The notes under the pieces: generated by a model
What the model saw: the letters and a program-made list of their open reading frames with translations, nothing else
Told to the model about the DNA's origin: nothing
Databases searched by the model: none
Translations under genes and position numbers: made by a program
Shown: one piece after another, positions 13,069 to 24,305 of the stretch
Position numbering within the stretch: position 1 is the stretch's first letter
Layout of the letters: every line of letters begins with the position of its first letter
Assembly (NCBI RefSeq): GCF_963921235.1
Contig: NC_086097.1
Span: forward strand, 70,186,001 to 70,250,000
From: Mobula hypostoma
Taxonomy: Eukaryota
Reading direction: 5' to 3'
DNA: 64,000 nt

Positions 13069-13614
13069 CACCCAGAGACCACTTTATTAGGTACAGGTAC
13101 CTCCCATACCTAATAAGATGGCCACTGATGTATGTTTGTGGTCATCTGCTGCTGTAGCCCATCCACTTCAAGGCTGGACAGGTGCATTTAGAGAGGCACA
13201 CCACTGTTGTAAAGCATGGTTATTTGAGTTACTGCCGCCTTCCTTAACAATATGAACCAATCTGTTCATTTTTCTATAATCTCTCTCATTAACAAGTCAT
13301 TTTGCCCATAGAACTGCCACTCAGTGGATGTATTTTTTGATTTTTGCATCATTCTCTGTAAGTTTTAGACTGCTATGTGTGAAAATCCCAAGAGATCAGC
13401 AGTTTCTGAGATACTCAAACCACCCAGTCTGGCATCATTCCAAGGTCAAAGTCTCTTGCATCACATTTCTTCGCCATTATGATGTTTGGTCTGAACAGCA
13501 ACTGAACCTCTTGACCATGTCTGCATGCTTTTATGTATAGAGATGCTGCCACATAATTGGATTTGCATTAATGAGCAGGTGAAAAGGTATACCTAATAAA
13601 GTGGCCAATGAGTG
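13069..13614. mobile_element. Tc1-type MITE
   Basis: TA-flanked; TIRs cacccagagaccactttattaggtac / atacctaataaagtggccaatgagtg; related copy at 27091. Confidence 0.8.
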
Positions 13615-13771
13615 TATATTTTGGTTATGGCATACATCATCTCCAACCTTCCAGAAATTTTGGCTCACTGAAATTCACCTACCACCAAAACAGGTCCAAG
13701 TGGATGTCATCTCCTTGGCCCTACACTCGCTCACTGGAGCATCTGGACAGCAAAGACATGTTATAATATTG

Positions 13772-13807
13772 AGTCCTGACGAAGGGTCTCGGCCTGAAAC
13801 GTCGACT
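13772..13807 (+). ncRNA. Minimal type I hammerhead ribozyme motif
   Basis: AGUC-CUGACGA-AGGgucucggCCU-GAAAC-GUC-GACU: stem I AGUC/GACU, conserved core, stem II, palindromic ACGU stem III, predicted cleavage after 13803. Confidence 0.75.
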
Positions 13808-13900
13808 GCACCTCTTCCTAGAGATGCTGCCTGGCCTGCTGCGTTCACCAGCAACTTTGATGTGTGTTGCTTGAATTTCCAGCATCTGCAGAATTCCTGT
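13772..13900 (+). mobile_element. Short Penelope-like terminal repeat insertion bearing a hammerhead motif
   Basis: 13-bp TSD tgttataatattg (13759-13771, 13901-13913); near-identical to the 3' end of the GIY-YIG element at 46863-46997. Confidence 0.85.
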
Positions 13901-13944
13901 TGTTATAATATTGTTTATTTACTACAAGTCTGGCCTTCCACACT

Positions 13945-14385
13945 ATAACTCCAAGCAAACTTACCTCTAAACTCCCTGACCTGGAACTCAACACCTTCCT
14001 TTATAACTGGATCCTTGACTTCCTGACTAACAGACCACAATCAGCAAGGCAGGGCAGCACACCTCTGCCACAATTAACCATAATGCTGGTGTCCCACGAG
14101 GCTGCATCCTCAATCCCTACTTTAGTCCTAAATATGCCCACAACTGCATGGCCAGATTATGCTCTAATTCCACGTACATGTTTGTAGATGATACCACTGC
14201 AGTGGGCTGTATCTCAAATAGCAATGAACTGGAGCACAGGGAGGAGGTAGAGAGCCTAGTAGCATGGTGCCATAACAACAACCTTTCCTTCAATGTCAGC
14301 AAAACAGAAGAGCTTAGTCACTGACTTCAGGAAAACGGTCAGTGCACATGTTCCTGTTACGTCAAGAGTGCTGAGGTTGAAAAGA
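13945..14385 (+). mobile_element. Rex1/Babar LINE fragment (continues ~21150-22110)
   Basis: Decayed [19 protein letters not shown] and FVDDTTAVG motifs; homology resumes after the nested inserts. Confidence 0.7.
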
Positions 14386-15245
14386 AGAACAACCTGACCA
14401 AATGTGACAACCTTCAGTTCACAAAATTACTTCTTTTACTTCCTTTACCACTACTTCTTTCAAATATGATTCAGCTACTATCGGAGCCTATGATCTAGTT
14501 TGATGGTATGTTTTCAGGCTGATTGAGCAATCTGGCGCTTTGCTGTCTCCGAGGAAGTTTAGTGAGGTTTTCAACCAAATGTGCAAAGCCTGGAGATGGG
14601 GCACAAGCCTGTGAACGACTCCGTATCTCGACGATTAAAGCGCTGAGGAATTTGAAATCGGTGAGGTTGGCAGTGGAAGGCGATTGGGTGTTCAGAGCCA
14701 TCTGCCTGCAAGAGACCGGTCTCTCTCTCACTCACTGCACACGGAGGACAGTGCCTATGTTGGATTGGTCTCTCTCTTACTGCTGCCAGAGTCATGGGTC
14801 TTGGGCAATGTTTGATCCATGTGGCTTGTGGACTGGACTCTATAGTTCATGTTGTGATGAGTTTCTGGTTTCTGGTTGCAGATGTTTTTCTTTCTTTTTA
14901 AATCTTTTTATTGAGTAAGTATACAAAAAAGGTAAGCCATATAAACATTAATACAATGTTAAAGTATAATAAAATTCCAAAAGATAACAATACCAAAAAG
15001 AAAATACTACAAACAATGTAATTTAAGCATAAGAAAGCAAGATAACATAATAGTATACTAGATTTTATATATATCAATGGAAAAAAAAAGAAAAAAAAAC
15101 CCCAAAAAAAAAACCCACCGTGCAACTAACTAAAAGCAAAGCAAAGCAATGGGCTAACTTGAAACCAAACAGAGTTAAACTTAAAATCACGTCCTCAATC
15201 CCGACCTCCATTAAAACAGTGAAAAAAAAACAAGAAGGGTAAATA

Positions 15246-18200
15246 TTACATTAAATGAAAATATCGAATAAAAGGTCCCCAAATCTGTTCAAATTTAAAT
15301 GAAGAATCATAAAGATTACTTCTAATTTTCTCCAGATTCAAACATAAAATCGTCTGAGAAAACCAAAAAAAGGTAGTTGGAGCATTAAGCTCTTTCCAAT
15401 GTTGTAAAATACATCTTTTCGCCATTAAAGTAAGAAATGCAATCATTCTACGGGCTGAAGGGGAAAGATTACTAGAAATTTTAGGTAGTCCAAAGATAGC
15501 AGTAATAGGGTGAGGAGAGATATCTATATTTAATACCTTAGAAATAATATTGAAAATATCTTTCCAAAAAGTTTCCAAAGTAGGGCAAGACCAAAACATA
15601 TGAGTTAAAGAGGCTATCTGCCCCGAACATCTATCACAGAAAGGAATAATATGCGAGTAAAAACGCGCTAACTTATCTTTGGACATATGTGCTCTATGAA
15701 CCACTTTAAATTGAATTAGGGAATGTTTAGCACAAATAGAGGAAGTATTAACTAATTGTAAAATCTGCCCCCAATCATCCACAGAAATGGTAAGCCCCAA
15801 TTCCTGTTCCCAATCTACCCTAATCTTATCAAATGGAGCTTTCCTAAGTTTCATAATAATATTATAAATCATAGCCGATGCACCTTTCTGACATGGATTA
15901 AGGTTAATTATCGAATCTAAAATATATATAGGAGGAAGCATTGGAAAGGAAGAAAGTATAGTACTTAGGAAATTTCTAACTTGTAAATATCTAAAAAAAT
16001 GTATTCTTGATAAGTTATATTTATTAGATAATTGTTCAAAAGACATAAGGGAACCATCTAAAAATAAATCCAAAAACCGTAAAATACCCTTAGTCTTCCA
16101 AGTTTGAAAAGCGCGATCCGTAAAAGAGGGAGGAAAAAATATGTTACCTAAAATAGGAATCGCTAACCCGAATTGATTAAGATCAAAAAATTTTCTGAAT
16201 TGAAACCAAATGCGCAAAGCATATTTAACTATCGGGTTAGAGACCTGCTTAAGGCGTTTCGAATCAAAAGGAAGAGAGGAACCTAAAATAGAACCAAGTG
16301 TATAACCCTGAACAGATTGTAATTCCAATGCTACCCATTTAGGAATAGATAGTATGTCCCGGTCAAGTAACCAAAATTTCATATGTCGAATATTAATAGC
16401 CCAATAATAAAATCTAAAGTTAGGTAATGCTAAACCTCCATCTCTCTTAGCTTTCTGTAAATGTATTTTACCCAGTCTCGGATTCTTATTCTGCCAAATA
16501 AATGAAGAAATTTTAGAGTCAACTTTATCAAAAAAAGATTTAGGAACGAAAATTGGTAATGCCTGAAACACATATAAAAATTTTGGCAAAAAAAACATCT
16601 TAACTGCATTAATACGACCAATCAAAGTTAAATATAAGGGAAACCATTTAGATGAAAGTTGAGTAATATGGTCTATTAATGGTAAAAAGTTAGTCTTAAA
16701 TAAATCTTTATGTTTACAAGTAATTTTAATCCCAAGATATGAAAAGTAATTATTAATCAATTTAAATGGAAATTTATAATATAAGGGAAGATGTTTATTA
16801 ATCGGAAAAAGTTCACTCTTACTAAGATTTAATTTATAACCTGAGAAAAGACCAAATTGTGCTAATAACTCTAAAACAGCAGGAATGGATCTCTCAGGAT
16901 TAGAAATATATAAAAGTAAATCATCAGCATAGAGTGATAATTTATGGGACTTTAATCCCCGAGTTATCCCAGTAATATTTGAAGATTCTCGAATAGCAAT
17001 TGCAAGAGGTTCTAATGCAATATCAAATAATAGGGGACTAAGAGGACAGCCTTGTCGAGTACCACGAAAGAGAGGAAAAAAAGGTGAGTTTAAGGAGTTA
17101 GTACGAACCGAGGCTACAGGGGAGTGATATAACAGTTTAATCCAGGATATAAATTTCAAGCTAAAATTAAACATTTCAAGCACCTTAAATAAATAAGGCC
17201 ATTCTACTCTATCAAAAGCTTTCTCGGCATCTAAAGAAATAACACACTCAGGAACATTTTGTGAGGGAGTATAAACGATATTTAACAATGTACGAATATT
17301 ATAAAAAGAGTAACGACCTTTAATAAAACCCGTTTGGTCTTCCGAAATAATAGAAGGAAGTACTTTTTCTAGTCTATTTGCTAATAACTTAGAAAAAACT
17401 TTAGAATCAACATTTAATAAAGATATTGGTCTATAAGATGCACATTGAGCAGGGTCTTTATCCTTCTTTAGTATTAAAGAAATTGATGCTCTATTAAAAG
17501 ATTCCGGAAGTTTACCAAGTTTCAAAGAAGCCTCAAAAACCTTATAGAGCCAAGGAATCAATAAAGAAGCAAAACATTTATAAAATTCAACGGTAAACCC
17601 ATCAGGGCCAGGAGCTTTCCCCAGATTCATAGAAAAAATAACATTCTTAATCTCATCCATTGTAATGGAAGTATCTAATAAAGAAGACATATCCTGTGAA
17701 ATCTGAGGGAAGTCTAACTTATCTAAAAAATCATTCATATATTTAGAATCTCGAGGAGACTCTGATTGATATAAAGAAGAATAAAAATCACAAAAGGTTT
17801 GATTAATCCCCACATGATCCAATATCAATCGATCATTTTGGTTATAAATCTGATTGATTTGAGATTTAACATAATTAGATTTCAATTGATTAGCCAGCAG
17901 CTTGCCAATTTTATCACTGTGAACATAAAAATCACTTCTTGTTTTCTTTAATTGGTTTACAATCGAGGACGAGAGTAGTAAACTGTGTTCCATTTGAAGT
18001 TCAGTTCTTTGTTTGTATAGCTCCTCAGAAGGAGCCATAACATATTTCTTATCAATTTCTTTAATCTTGTCCACAATTGCCATCTCCTCCTGCTTCTGTT
18101 TCTTCCTCAAAGCAACGGAATACGAAATAATCTGACCCCGAATATAGGCTTTAAAAGTGTCCCAAAGAGTGTTAACCGAAATATCTTCTGTATGGTTAAT

Positions 18201-19022
18201 TGTAAAAAAAAGCTCAATCTGTTCATTCATAAAATTAACAAAGTCCGAGTCCTGAAGCAACAGCGAATTAAAACGCCATTGTCTATTGTTTGGTATATTG
18301 GCCATAATTTTAATAGAAAGCTTAAGTGGAGCATGATCCGAAATGGTTATAGAATCATAATCACATTTAATCACTGAAGGAATGAGACGAGAATCAATGA
18401 AAAAATAATCAATTCTTGAATAGGAATGATGAACATGTGAAAAAAAGGAAAAATCTTTTTCCTGAGGATGCAGAAAACGCCAAATGTCCGTCGACCCAGA
18501 ATCAGAAAGGAAAAAATTAATCAAATTTGCAGATTTATTAGGTAAAGTCCGTAAAGGAGCCGAACGGTCCAAAGCTGGAGATAAACAGGTATTAAGATCT
18601 CCGCCCCAAATCAATGAAAACTCGTTCAAATTCGGAAACTGATCAAACAATGATTTATAAAATTCCGGACAATCCATATTAGGAGCATAAACATTAACCA
18701 AAACTACTTTTTTATTAAATAGTAAACCACTAACCAATAAAAATCTACCATTCGGATCAGAGATAATATCCTGTTGTATAAAAGTAACTGAGGAGTCTAT
18801 AAAAATAGAGACGCCTCGAATCTTAGCATTGGAGTTCGAATGAAATTGTTGTCCCTTCCAGAATTTGAAAAAACGTAGTCTGTCCCCCCTCCGTACATGG
18901 GTCTCTTGTAAAAATAAAATTTGTGCTTTAAGTCTCCGGAACACTTTAAAAACTTTTTTCCTTTTAATAGGATGATTAAGACCATTAGTATTCCAGGAGA
19001 CAAAATTAATAATAGACTCCAT
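15246..19022 (-). CDS. L1 ORF2p (APE endonuclease, RT, CCHC)
   Basis: First ATG at 19022 (MESIINFVSWN), 1258 aa; LQETH, GGDLN, SRIDY, SDHAP; DAEKAFDRV, GTRQGCPLSP, LYADD; CDRC...HMFWSC. Confidence 0.96.
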   Translation of the reverse strand: MESIINFVSWNTNGLNHPIKRKKVFKVFRRLKAQILFLQETHVRRGDRLRFFKFWKGQQFHSNSNAKIRGVSIFIDSSVTFIQQDIISDPNGRFLLVSGLLFNKKVVLVNVYAPNMDCPEFYKSLFDQFPNLNEFSLIWGGDLNTCLSPALDRSAPLRTLPNKSANLINFFLSDSGSTDIWRFLHPQEKDFSFFSHVHHSYSRIDYFFIDSRLIPSVIKCDYDSITISDHAPLKLSIKIMANIPNNRQWRFNSLLLQDSDFVNFMNEQIELFFTINHTEDISVNTLWDTFKAYIRGQIISYSVALRKKQKQEEMAIVDKIKEIDKKYVMAPSEELYKQRTELQMEHSLLLSSSIVNQLKKTRSDFYVHSDKIGKLLANQLKSNYVKSQINQIYNQNDRLILDHVGINQTFCDFYSSLYQSESPRDSKYMNDFLDKLDFPQISQDMSSLLDTSITMDEIKNVIFSMNLGKAPGPDGFTVEFYKCFASLLIPWLYKVFEASLKLGKLPESFNRASISLILKKDKDPAQCASYRPISLLNVDSKVFSKLLANRLEKVLPSIISEDQTGFIKGRYSFYNIRTLLNIVYTPSQNVPECVISLDAEKAFDRVEWPYLFKVLEMFNFSLKFISWIKLLYHSPVASVRTNSLNSPFFPLFRGTRQGCPLSPLLFDIALEPLAIAIRESSNITGITRGLKSHKLSLYADDLLLYISNPERSIPAVLELLAQFGLFSGYKLNLSKSELFPINKHLPLYYKFPFKLINNYFSYLGIKITCKHKDLFKTNFLPLIDHITQLSSKWFPLYLTLIGRINAVKMFFLPKFLYVFQALPIFVPKSFFDKVDSKISSFIWQNKNPRLGKIHLQKAKRDGGLALPNFRFYYWAINIRHMKFWLLDRDILSIPKWVALELQSVQGYTLGSILGSSLPFDSKRLKQVSNPIVKYALRIWFQFRKFFDLNQFGLAIPILGNIFFPPSFTDRAFQTWKTKGILRFLDLFLDGSLMSFEQLSNKYNLSRIHFFRYLQVRNFLSTILSSFPMLPPIYILDSIINLNPCQKGASAMIYNIIMKLRKAPFDKIRVDWEQELGLTISVDDWGQILQLVNTSSICAKHSLIQFKVVHRAHMSKDKLARFYSHIIPFCDRCSGQIASLTHMFWSCPTLETFWKDIFNIISKVLNIDISPHPITAIFGLPKISSNLSPSARRMIAFLTLMAKRCILQHWKELNAPTTFFWFSQTILCLNLEKIRSNLYDSSFKFEQIWGPFIRYFHLM

Positions 19023-19743
19023 AAATCCTAAAGTCAACCCATAACAAGGAGGATTGACAATAGGCGCGACCCACAAACCCGGAGAGGAAACAGAACATAC
19101 AAAAGATACCGGGGAAAAGGACGCAACCAATACTTCAATAATGTATATAGCCCAAAGAGAAACAAACTAAAACGTGAAGCCCCTCCCACCACCCCCCACC
19201 CCAAGACCCCAAGGCGAAATCTAAAGCAGACCCGCCAGAAAGAAGCAAGCGCTAAAACTACCCCCATGACTTCCGGTATACGCTCCCTAAAAAAAAGGTA
19301 TAAATATGAAAAGGATCAGCTAATTGTAAAACAGTAAAAAAATAAGTAAAAAAAAGTTAGCTCAATTAAAATACACACAGAACAGAACAAAAGCCGGAAA
19401 GTATATATTAAAAAAAAACCACAATAAACCTCAAACTCATGAATAGACACAGCAACAAAAAAAATAGGATTATTAACATAAAATGATTATAAAAAGCAAA
19501 ACAGAATAAAATTTAAAAAAAAACTACAAAATTTAAGGCCGCACAGGAAATACGTAAGATGACAAAAGGGAAGTAACCACCCAGAATCCCCTGGGAAAAG
19601 AAAGAAATGACGCAGTTAAAAAGAAAGTTTAGCAGCCATATTAAGAAATCGAAAGTAAACTTTTCTGCCCAAATAGGGCACAGAAAAGTTAAAACCAACC
19701 AATTCACAGCCTCCGATCAACGGAGAAAATTAAAAAAAGGCAA

Positions 19744-20643
19744 TTAAGATGTTGAAGATGAAAGTTGATCCAGATAACTCTGGGCATCCGATAGAGAATC
19801 AAAAAAACGAAGGGCTCCATCTAACATGCGAATCCTTAGACGTGCAGGGTACAGCAGCGCTGGTCTTAAATCCATCTTATAGAATTCCGACATCACGGAT
19901 CTGTAACGGACCCGTTGGTCCCAGATTGGTTTACTGAAATCTTCCACGAATCGGAATTTAAGATCCGAAAAATCAATGAAACCTTTAGATCGAGCGAATC
20001 GAAACAGTCTCTCCTTGTCTTGAAAGTAATGAAAACGTAAGATAACATGCCTAGGTCTATCTGACCTAGACGAGTATGATGGGATTCTGTGAACACGATC
20101 CAGTAGCGGTGGTTGGTCAGGAAATACAGTAGGGAATGCATCTTTTAAAAGTTGGGAGAAATATTTCATAGGGTTGTTAGCTTCCACGGCTTCCCTGACG
20201 CCAATCATTCGTAAATTCTGCCGTCGCATTCTAGATTCCAAGTCAGAGTTTTTAAAAGTCAAAAAGTCAAGTTTCTTCTTCATTACATTAATTGTTTCTT
20301 CGACTTTCCCCATCTTAAGCTCACTTTGTTGCGCGGATTTTTGAAGATCAGATATAGCCGACTGATGTTCCGCAATACATGTTTGCATCTTATCAATTAA
20401 ATCGGCAATTTTCTGGAACTTAGTTGAGATTTCCGTATGAATCAGGTCTTTAACAAAGCCCATAATTTCTGTACGAATCATCTCCCTAACAGAGGTTGAA
20501 ATTTCCCTCTGAATTAACTCCGATATCGCTTTCAAAGTCACCGGTGATTCAGTCGGAGGGAGATCCGTAGCTTTCGGTTTAACCGGAGGTTTACCATCCT
20601 TGCCGTCTTTCCCGTTCTTAGACATAGCCGATCTCAGTATCAT
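19744..20643 (-). CDS. L1 ORF1p (coiled-coil, RRM, CTD)
   Basis: 299 aa; DLESRMRRQNLRMIGV, LDRVHR, RPRHVILRF, EDFS, LLYPARLRI motifs. Confidence 0.93.
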   Translation of the reverse strand: MILRSAMSKNGKDGKDGKPPVKPKATDLPPTESPVTLKAISELIQREISTSVREMIRTEIMGFVKDLIHTEISTKFQKIADLIDKMQTCIAEHQSAISDLQKSAQQSELKMGKVEETINVMKKKLDFLTFKNSDLESRMRRQNLRMIGVREAVEANNPMKYFSQLLKDAFPTVFPDQPPLLDRVHRIPSYSSRSDRPRHVILRFHYFQDKERLFRFARSKGFIDFSDLKFRFVEDFSKPIWDQRVRYRSVMSEFYKMDLRPALLYPARLRIRMLDGALRFFDSLSDAQSYLDQLSSSTS

Positions 20644-23600
20644 CCAATTGTCAGAGAATTCAGTTTAATTCAAAGTATTGTAAAAATTGATGCCTTAATA
20701 GTTAATTAAAGTATAGCTGACCATAGAGAGAAAAAACTCAGAGGTAATGGAGCGAGTCAAGAACGCGACTTCACTCCATGAGCGCTACCGGAAGTTCCCC
20801 TGGTTGCAGATGTTTTTGTTGCTGTTTTGTGCAACATTAACTGGGGTGGGCTGGCTCTGCAGCCTGCAGTCAGCAAACGGCACAGCGCTTGACTGGACTG
20901 GACTGAACTGAGCTGAAGCTGCACATTCCTGAACTGTTTCGTTGACTTTGTGGTTGATGTTATATGTTCTGTGGTTTTTGCTTTTTTCCCCCCCATTTGC
21001 ATGATTTGTTCTTTTTATTGAGTGTTGGGAGTTTTGTGTTTTTCTTTGAATGGGTTTCATGGTTTTCTTTATTTTATGGTTGCTGTGGGAAGATGAATTT
21101 CAGGGTTATATACAGCATGCATACTTTTATAATAAATGTACTTTGAGTTTTAAGATCTTCAAAGTGAACATCACCAACAGCCTGTCTGGTCCAAACACAT
21201 TGATGCTACAGTCAACAGAGTACCCAGCGTTTCTACTTCCACATGAAGGTAAAAAAATTTAGCATATCCCCCTTGACTTATACCGATTTTTATCAATGCA
21301 CTTTTAGAAAGCATCCCATCCAAATGCATCACATTGTTGAATTGCAATTGCTCTGCCCGAGACTATAAGAAACTGCAGTTGCAAACACAGCTCAGCACAT
21401 TATGGAAATCACCCTCTATGCCTTCTCACTGCATTGGTAAGGCAGCCCATATAATCAACCATCAACACTCAACCACTAGGCTCTTGAACTAGAGGGGATA
21501 ACTTCACTCAAATTCACTCACCTCAACACTGAAATGGTTCCACAACATATGGACTCACTTTCAAGGGCTCTACAACTTATGTTCTTGATATTTATTGCTT
21601 AATTATTTATCTATTTTTCTCTTTTTGTATTTGTACAGTCTGTTGTCTTTTGCACATTGGTTGGTTGTTCATCTTTGTTGTGTGCAGTTTTTCATTGACT
21701 CTGATGTGTTTATTTCTCGCTACTGTGAATGGCTGCAAGAAAATGGAACTCAGGATGGTATATGGTAACATATATGTACTACGATAATTTACTTTGAACC
21801 TTGAGACCCACATCTCTGGTCACTTGTCCTTCTCCTCCCTTCCATCAGGCAGACAATTCAAAAGCCTGAAAGCACACATCATCAGGCTCAAGGACAGCAA
21901 GTATTGAATGGTGCCCTAGTACAATAAAATGAACTCTTGACCTCACACTCTACCTCATAGCAGCCTTGCACCTTATTGTCTGCCTGCACTGCACATTATG
22001 TACATAACACCTTATTCTATGTTCTGTAATTGCTTTGCCTTGGACTACCTCAATGTATTGATGTAATGAAATGATCTGTTTACACATCATGCGAAGAAAA
22101 AGTTTTTCACTGTGTCAGAAAACAAACAGAAATAAAAAAGCAGTTGAATGAAAATGACATTTCTGATATTTGGCTAGCACTCAAAAATTTCTGGTAAAGA
22201 TGAATGGATTAAAAGATATAGTTAAAATACTGGCACACAAATAGAAATTGAAGAATACATCTCAATGTAAATTTATGCTGAACAGAATTGCTTTATTTAA
22301 AAAAATCTGACTGGCAATATGATAGCAAACAAAGCAAAAAATATCAATTAGCAATTTTTTTCTAAACTATGCAATACAGAAAGCTAAATTAAAAACTACG
22401 GGGAATACATACATTAGCAAATGTACATTTTAAAACTCTTATTCATAATTATCAAGGGATTGTAAAGCAGTAATTGCGGCATGCAAAGAGTTCTTTAAAG
22501 CATTTAAAATTTCTATCCAGAGCCAATAGAGATGGCTTGGACAACCTCATTCACTGAAATATTTTTCCTGCACAACCCATTTGGTAACCTTCATCAATCT
22601 CATTGATATTATATATTTCTGAGAAGTGTAAATGATGGAAAAGATTAATTATTCCCTGTACACATGGTCTGGGAGTTTAAAAAAAAACTTATTCTGTGAG
22701 TCCCAATCATTCTTACAACAATTTGGTATCTTTAAAACAGCAACAATATTTGTCATGTGCATTCATTTCATCATATATACAGTCTTGTGTAATTTATTGA
22801 TCCACTTTTCCATATTCACTGCTTCTCCCAAGTATCACCCACAAACTTAATACACTTTCTTTGTCTCTACTCCAGGTTACATGCAAGCAAGTAAAAAGCT
22901 AGTTCATCATTGGTCTTAAGAGTTACCCCTTTGATAGTTACTGTTTCTTGTTTAATCACTCCAGTTTGCACAAGGTTGTTTCCAATTTGTTGCAACTTAA
23001 CCTTTGAGATTTTATAAAATAATTTTGAAATTCCATCCAAGCAACAGTGACCAAGGCTCTGCTTTACCTCTATTATTTTAAGTCTTTAGGTGTTAAATTT
23101 GACATTATTAATGAGCAAACAAGACTGACTTCCCATTATACAATTTCTTTCAAGTCTAACCATGTTTTGGTAATCTAATTTTACTTCTGATTGGAACCAG
23201 ATTGGTGCAAAATTGAGAATTATTCACTGACGTGATTCTGAAGAACAATTGCTGCACTCTGTTCTATAGTTTGTAGAACGTCATTGCTTGCTGTGCACAA
23301 TAGAACCTGTGTTTGATTATCTATTCCAGTATTTGATATGGGCCAGATGTTGCTGCTAAAGCTGAGCTACCACACTTGCTGCTAACAAATGCAAAACATC
23401 TGTAATTATCTTTGGTAATCTTGCTGGCAAGATCAACTGGTAAAGTGCCCGGTTAGGTATTGTATCGGGGCTTTCCACAGTTTTATGTTGTAATGTGGAT
23501 GGGCCAGAATAAATCATGCCCAGAAAGTGGATGTACCACCAACTGCTTACGAAGTTTTACCAATAACTTTGTAAGCTTTCAGAAATGTCAAAGACCTTGA

Positions 23601-23727
23601 ATATTTCAAAATGTTCCCAACATTTAGAAGCATTCAAAAACTAATAAAAAAGGAAACTAAGATATACAGATAATAAAAAATGTAAAGTTTACTAAAAATA
23701 ATTTTAAAGATTAGAAAAATTAAAGCT

Positions 23728-24305
23728 ATATGTGTGCAATTCTGGATGCCCCATTACAGGAAGGATGTGAAGGCTTTGGAAAATACATAAGTTTACCAAG
23801 ATGCTCTATTGATCAGGGGGTATGAGCATTAAGCAGAGGTGGGACAAACGTGGGTTGTTTTCTCTTGATTGGCAGGGGTTGAGGGGAAATCTGACAAGAA
23901 TTTATAAACTTATGAGAGGCAAGATAGGGTAGACAGTCAGAATCATTTTCCCAGGGTGCAAATACCAAGTAGTAGAGAACTACTCAAATAGTAGAAGACT
24001 ATAATAATGGGGGGGGGGGGGGAGAGTTTAAAGGAGATGTCTCAGGCAAGTTCTTTTAAACGAAGAGTTGTAGGTGGCTGGAATGGCCTGCTGGGGGTTA
24101 GTGGGCAAGGCAGTGGTAGAAGCCGATATGACAGTGGTGTTTTAGTGGCTATTAGATAGGCAAATGAAGATTCAGGGAATGGAGGGATATGGGTCAGGTA
24201 TAGACAGAAGAGATTTAGCTTAATTCAACATCATGCTCAACACAGGCATTGTACAAACATTGCGTGTCAAAGACCTTGTTCCTTTGCTGTATTGTTCAAT
24301 GTTCA
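23728..24305 (+). mobile_element. CR1 3' fragment, decayed
   Basis: tgtgtgcaattctgg...aggaaggatgt, downstream C-terminal motifs and tail tgctgtattgttcaatgttc. Confidence 0.75.

Larger units (their letters stand above)
14890..20799 (-). mobile_element. Full-length L1 retrotransposon, both ORFs intact
   Basis: 18-bp TSD ctggttgcagatgttttt (14872-14889, 20800-20817); 5' end GGGAACTTCCGG; ORF1, ~720-bp spacer, ORF2, AATAAA and A-rich tail. Confidence 0.97.

Noticed and set aside
13601..13948. Recurrent peptides PDEGSRPETST and [10 protein letters not shown] as a protein family
   Set aside because: They are chance translations of the non-coding hammerhead repeat.
19023..19130. ORF track start of L1 ORF2 at 19130 (1294 aa)
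   Set aside because: Non-ATG start; endonuclease homology begins just after the ATG at 19022.
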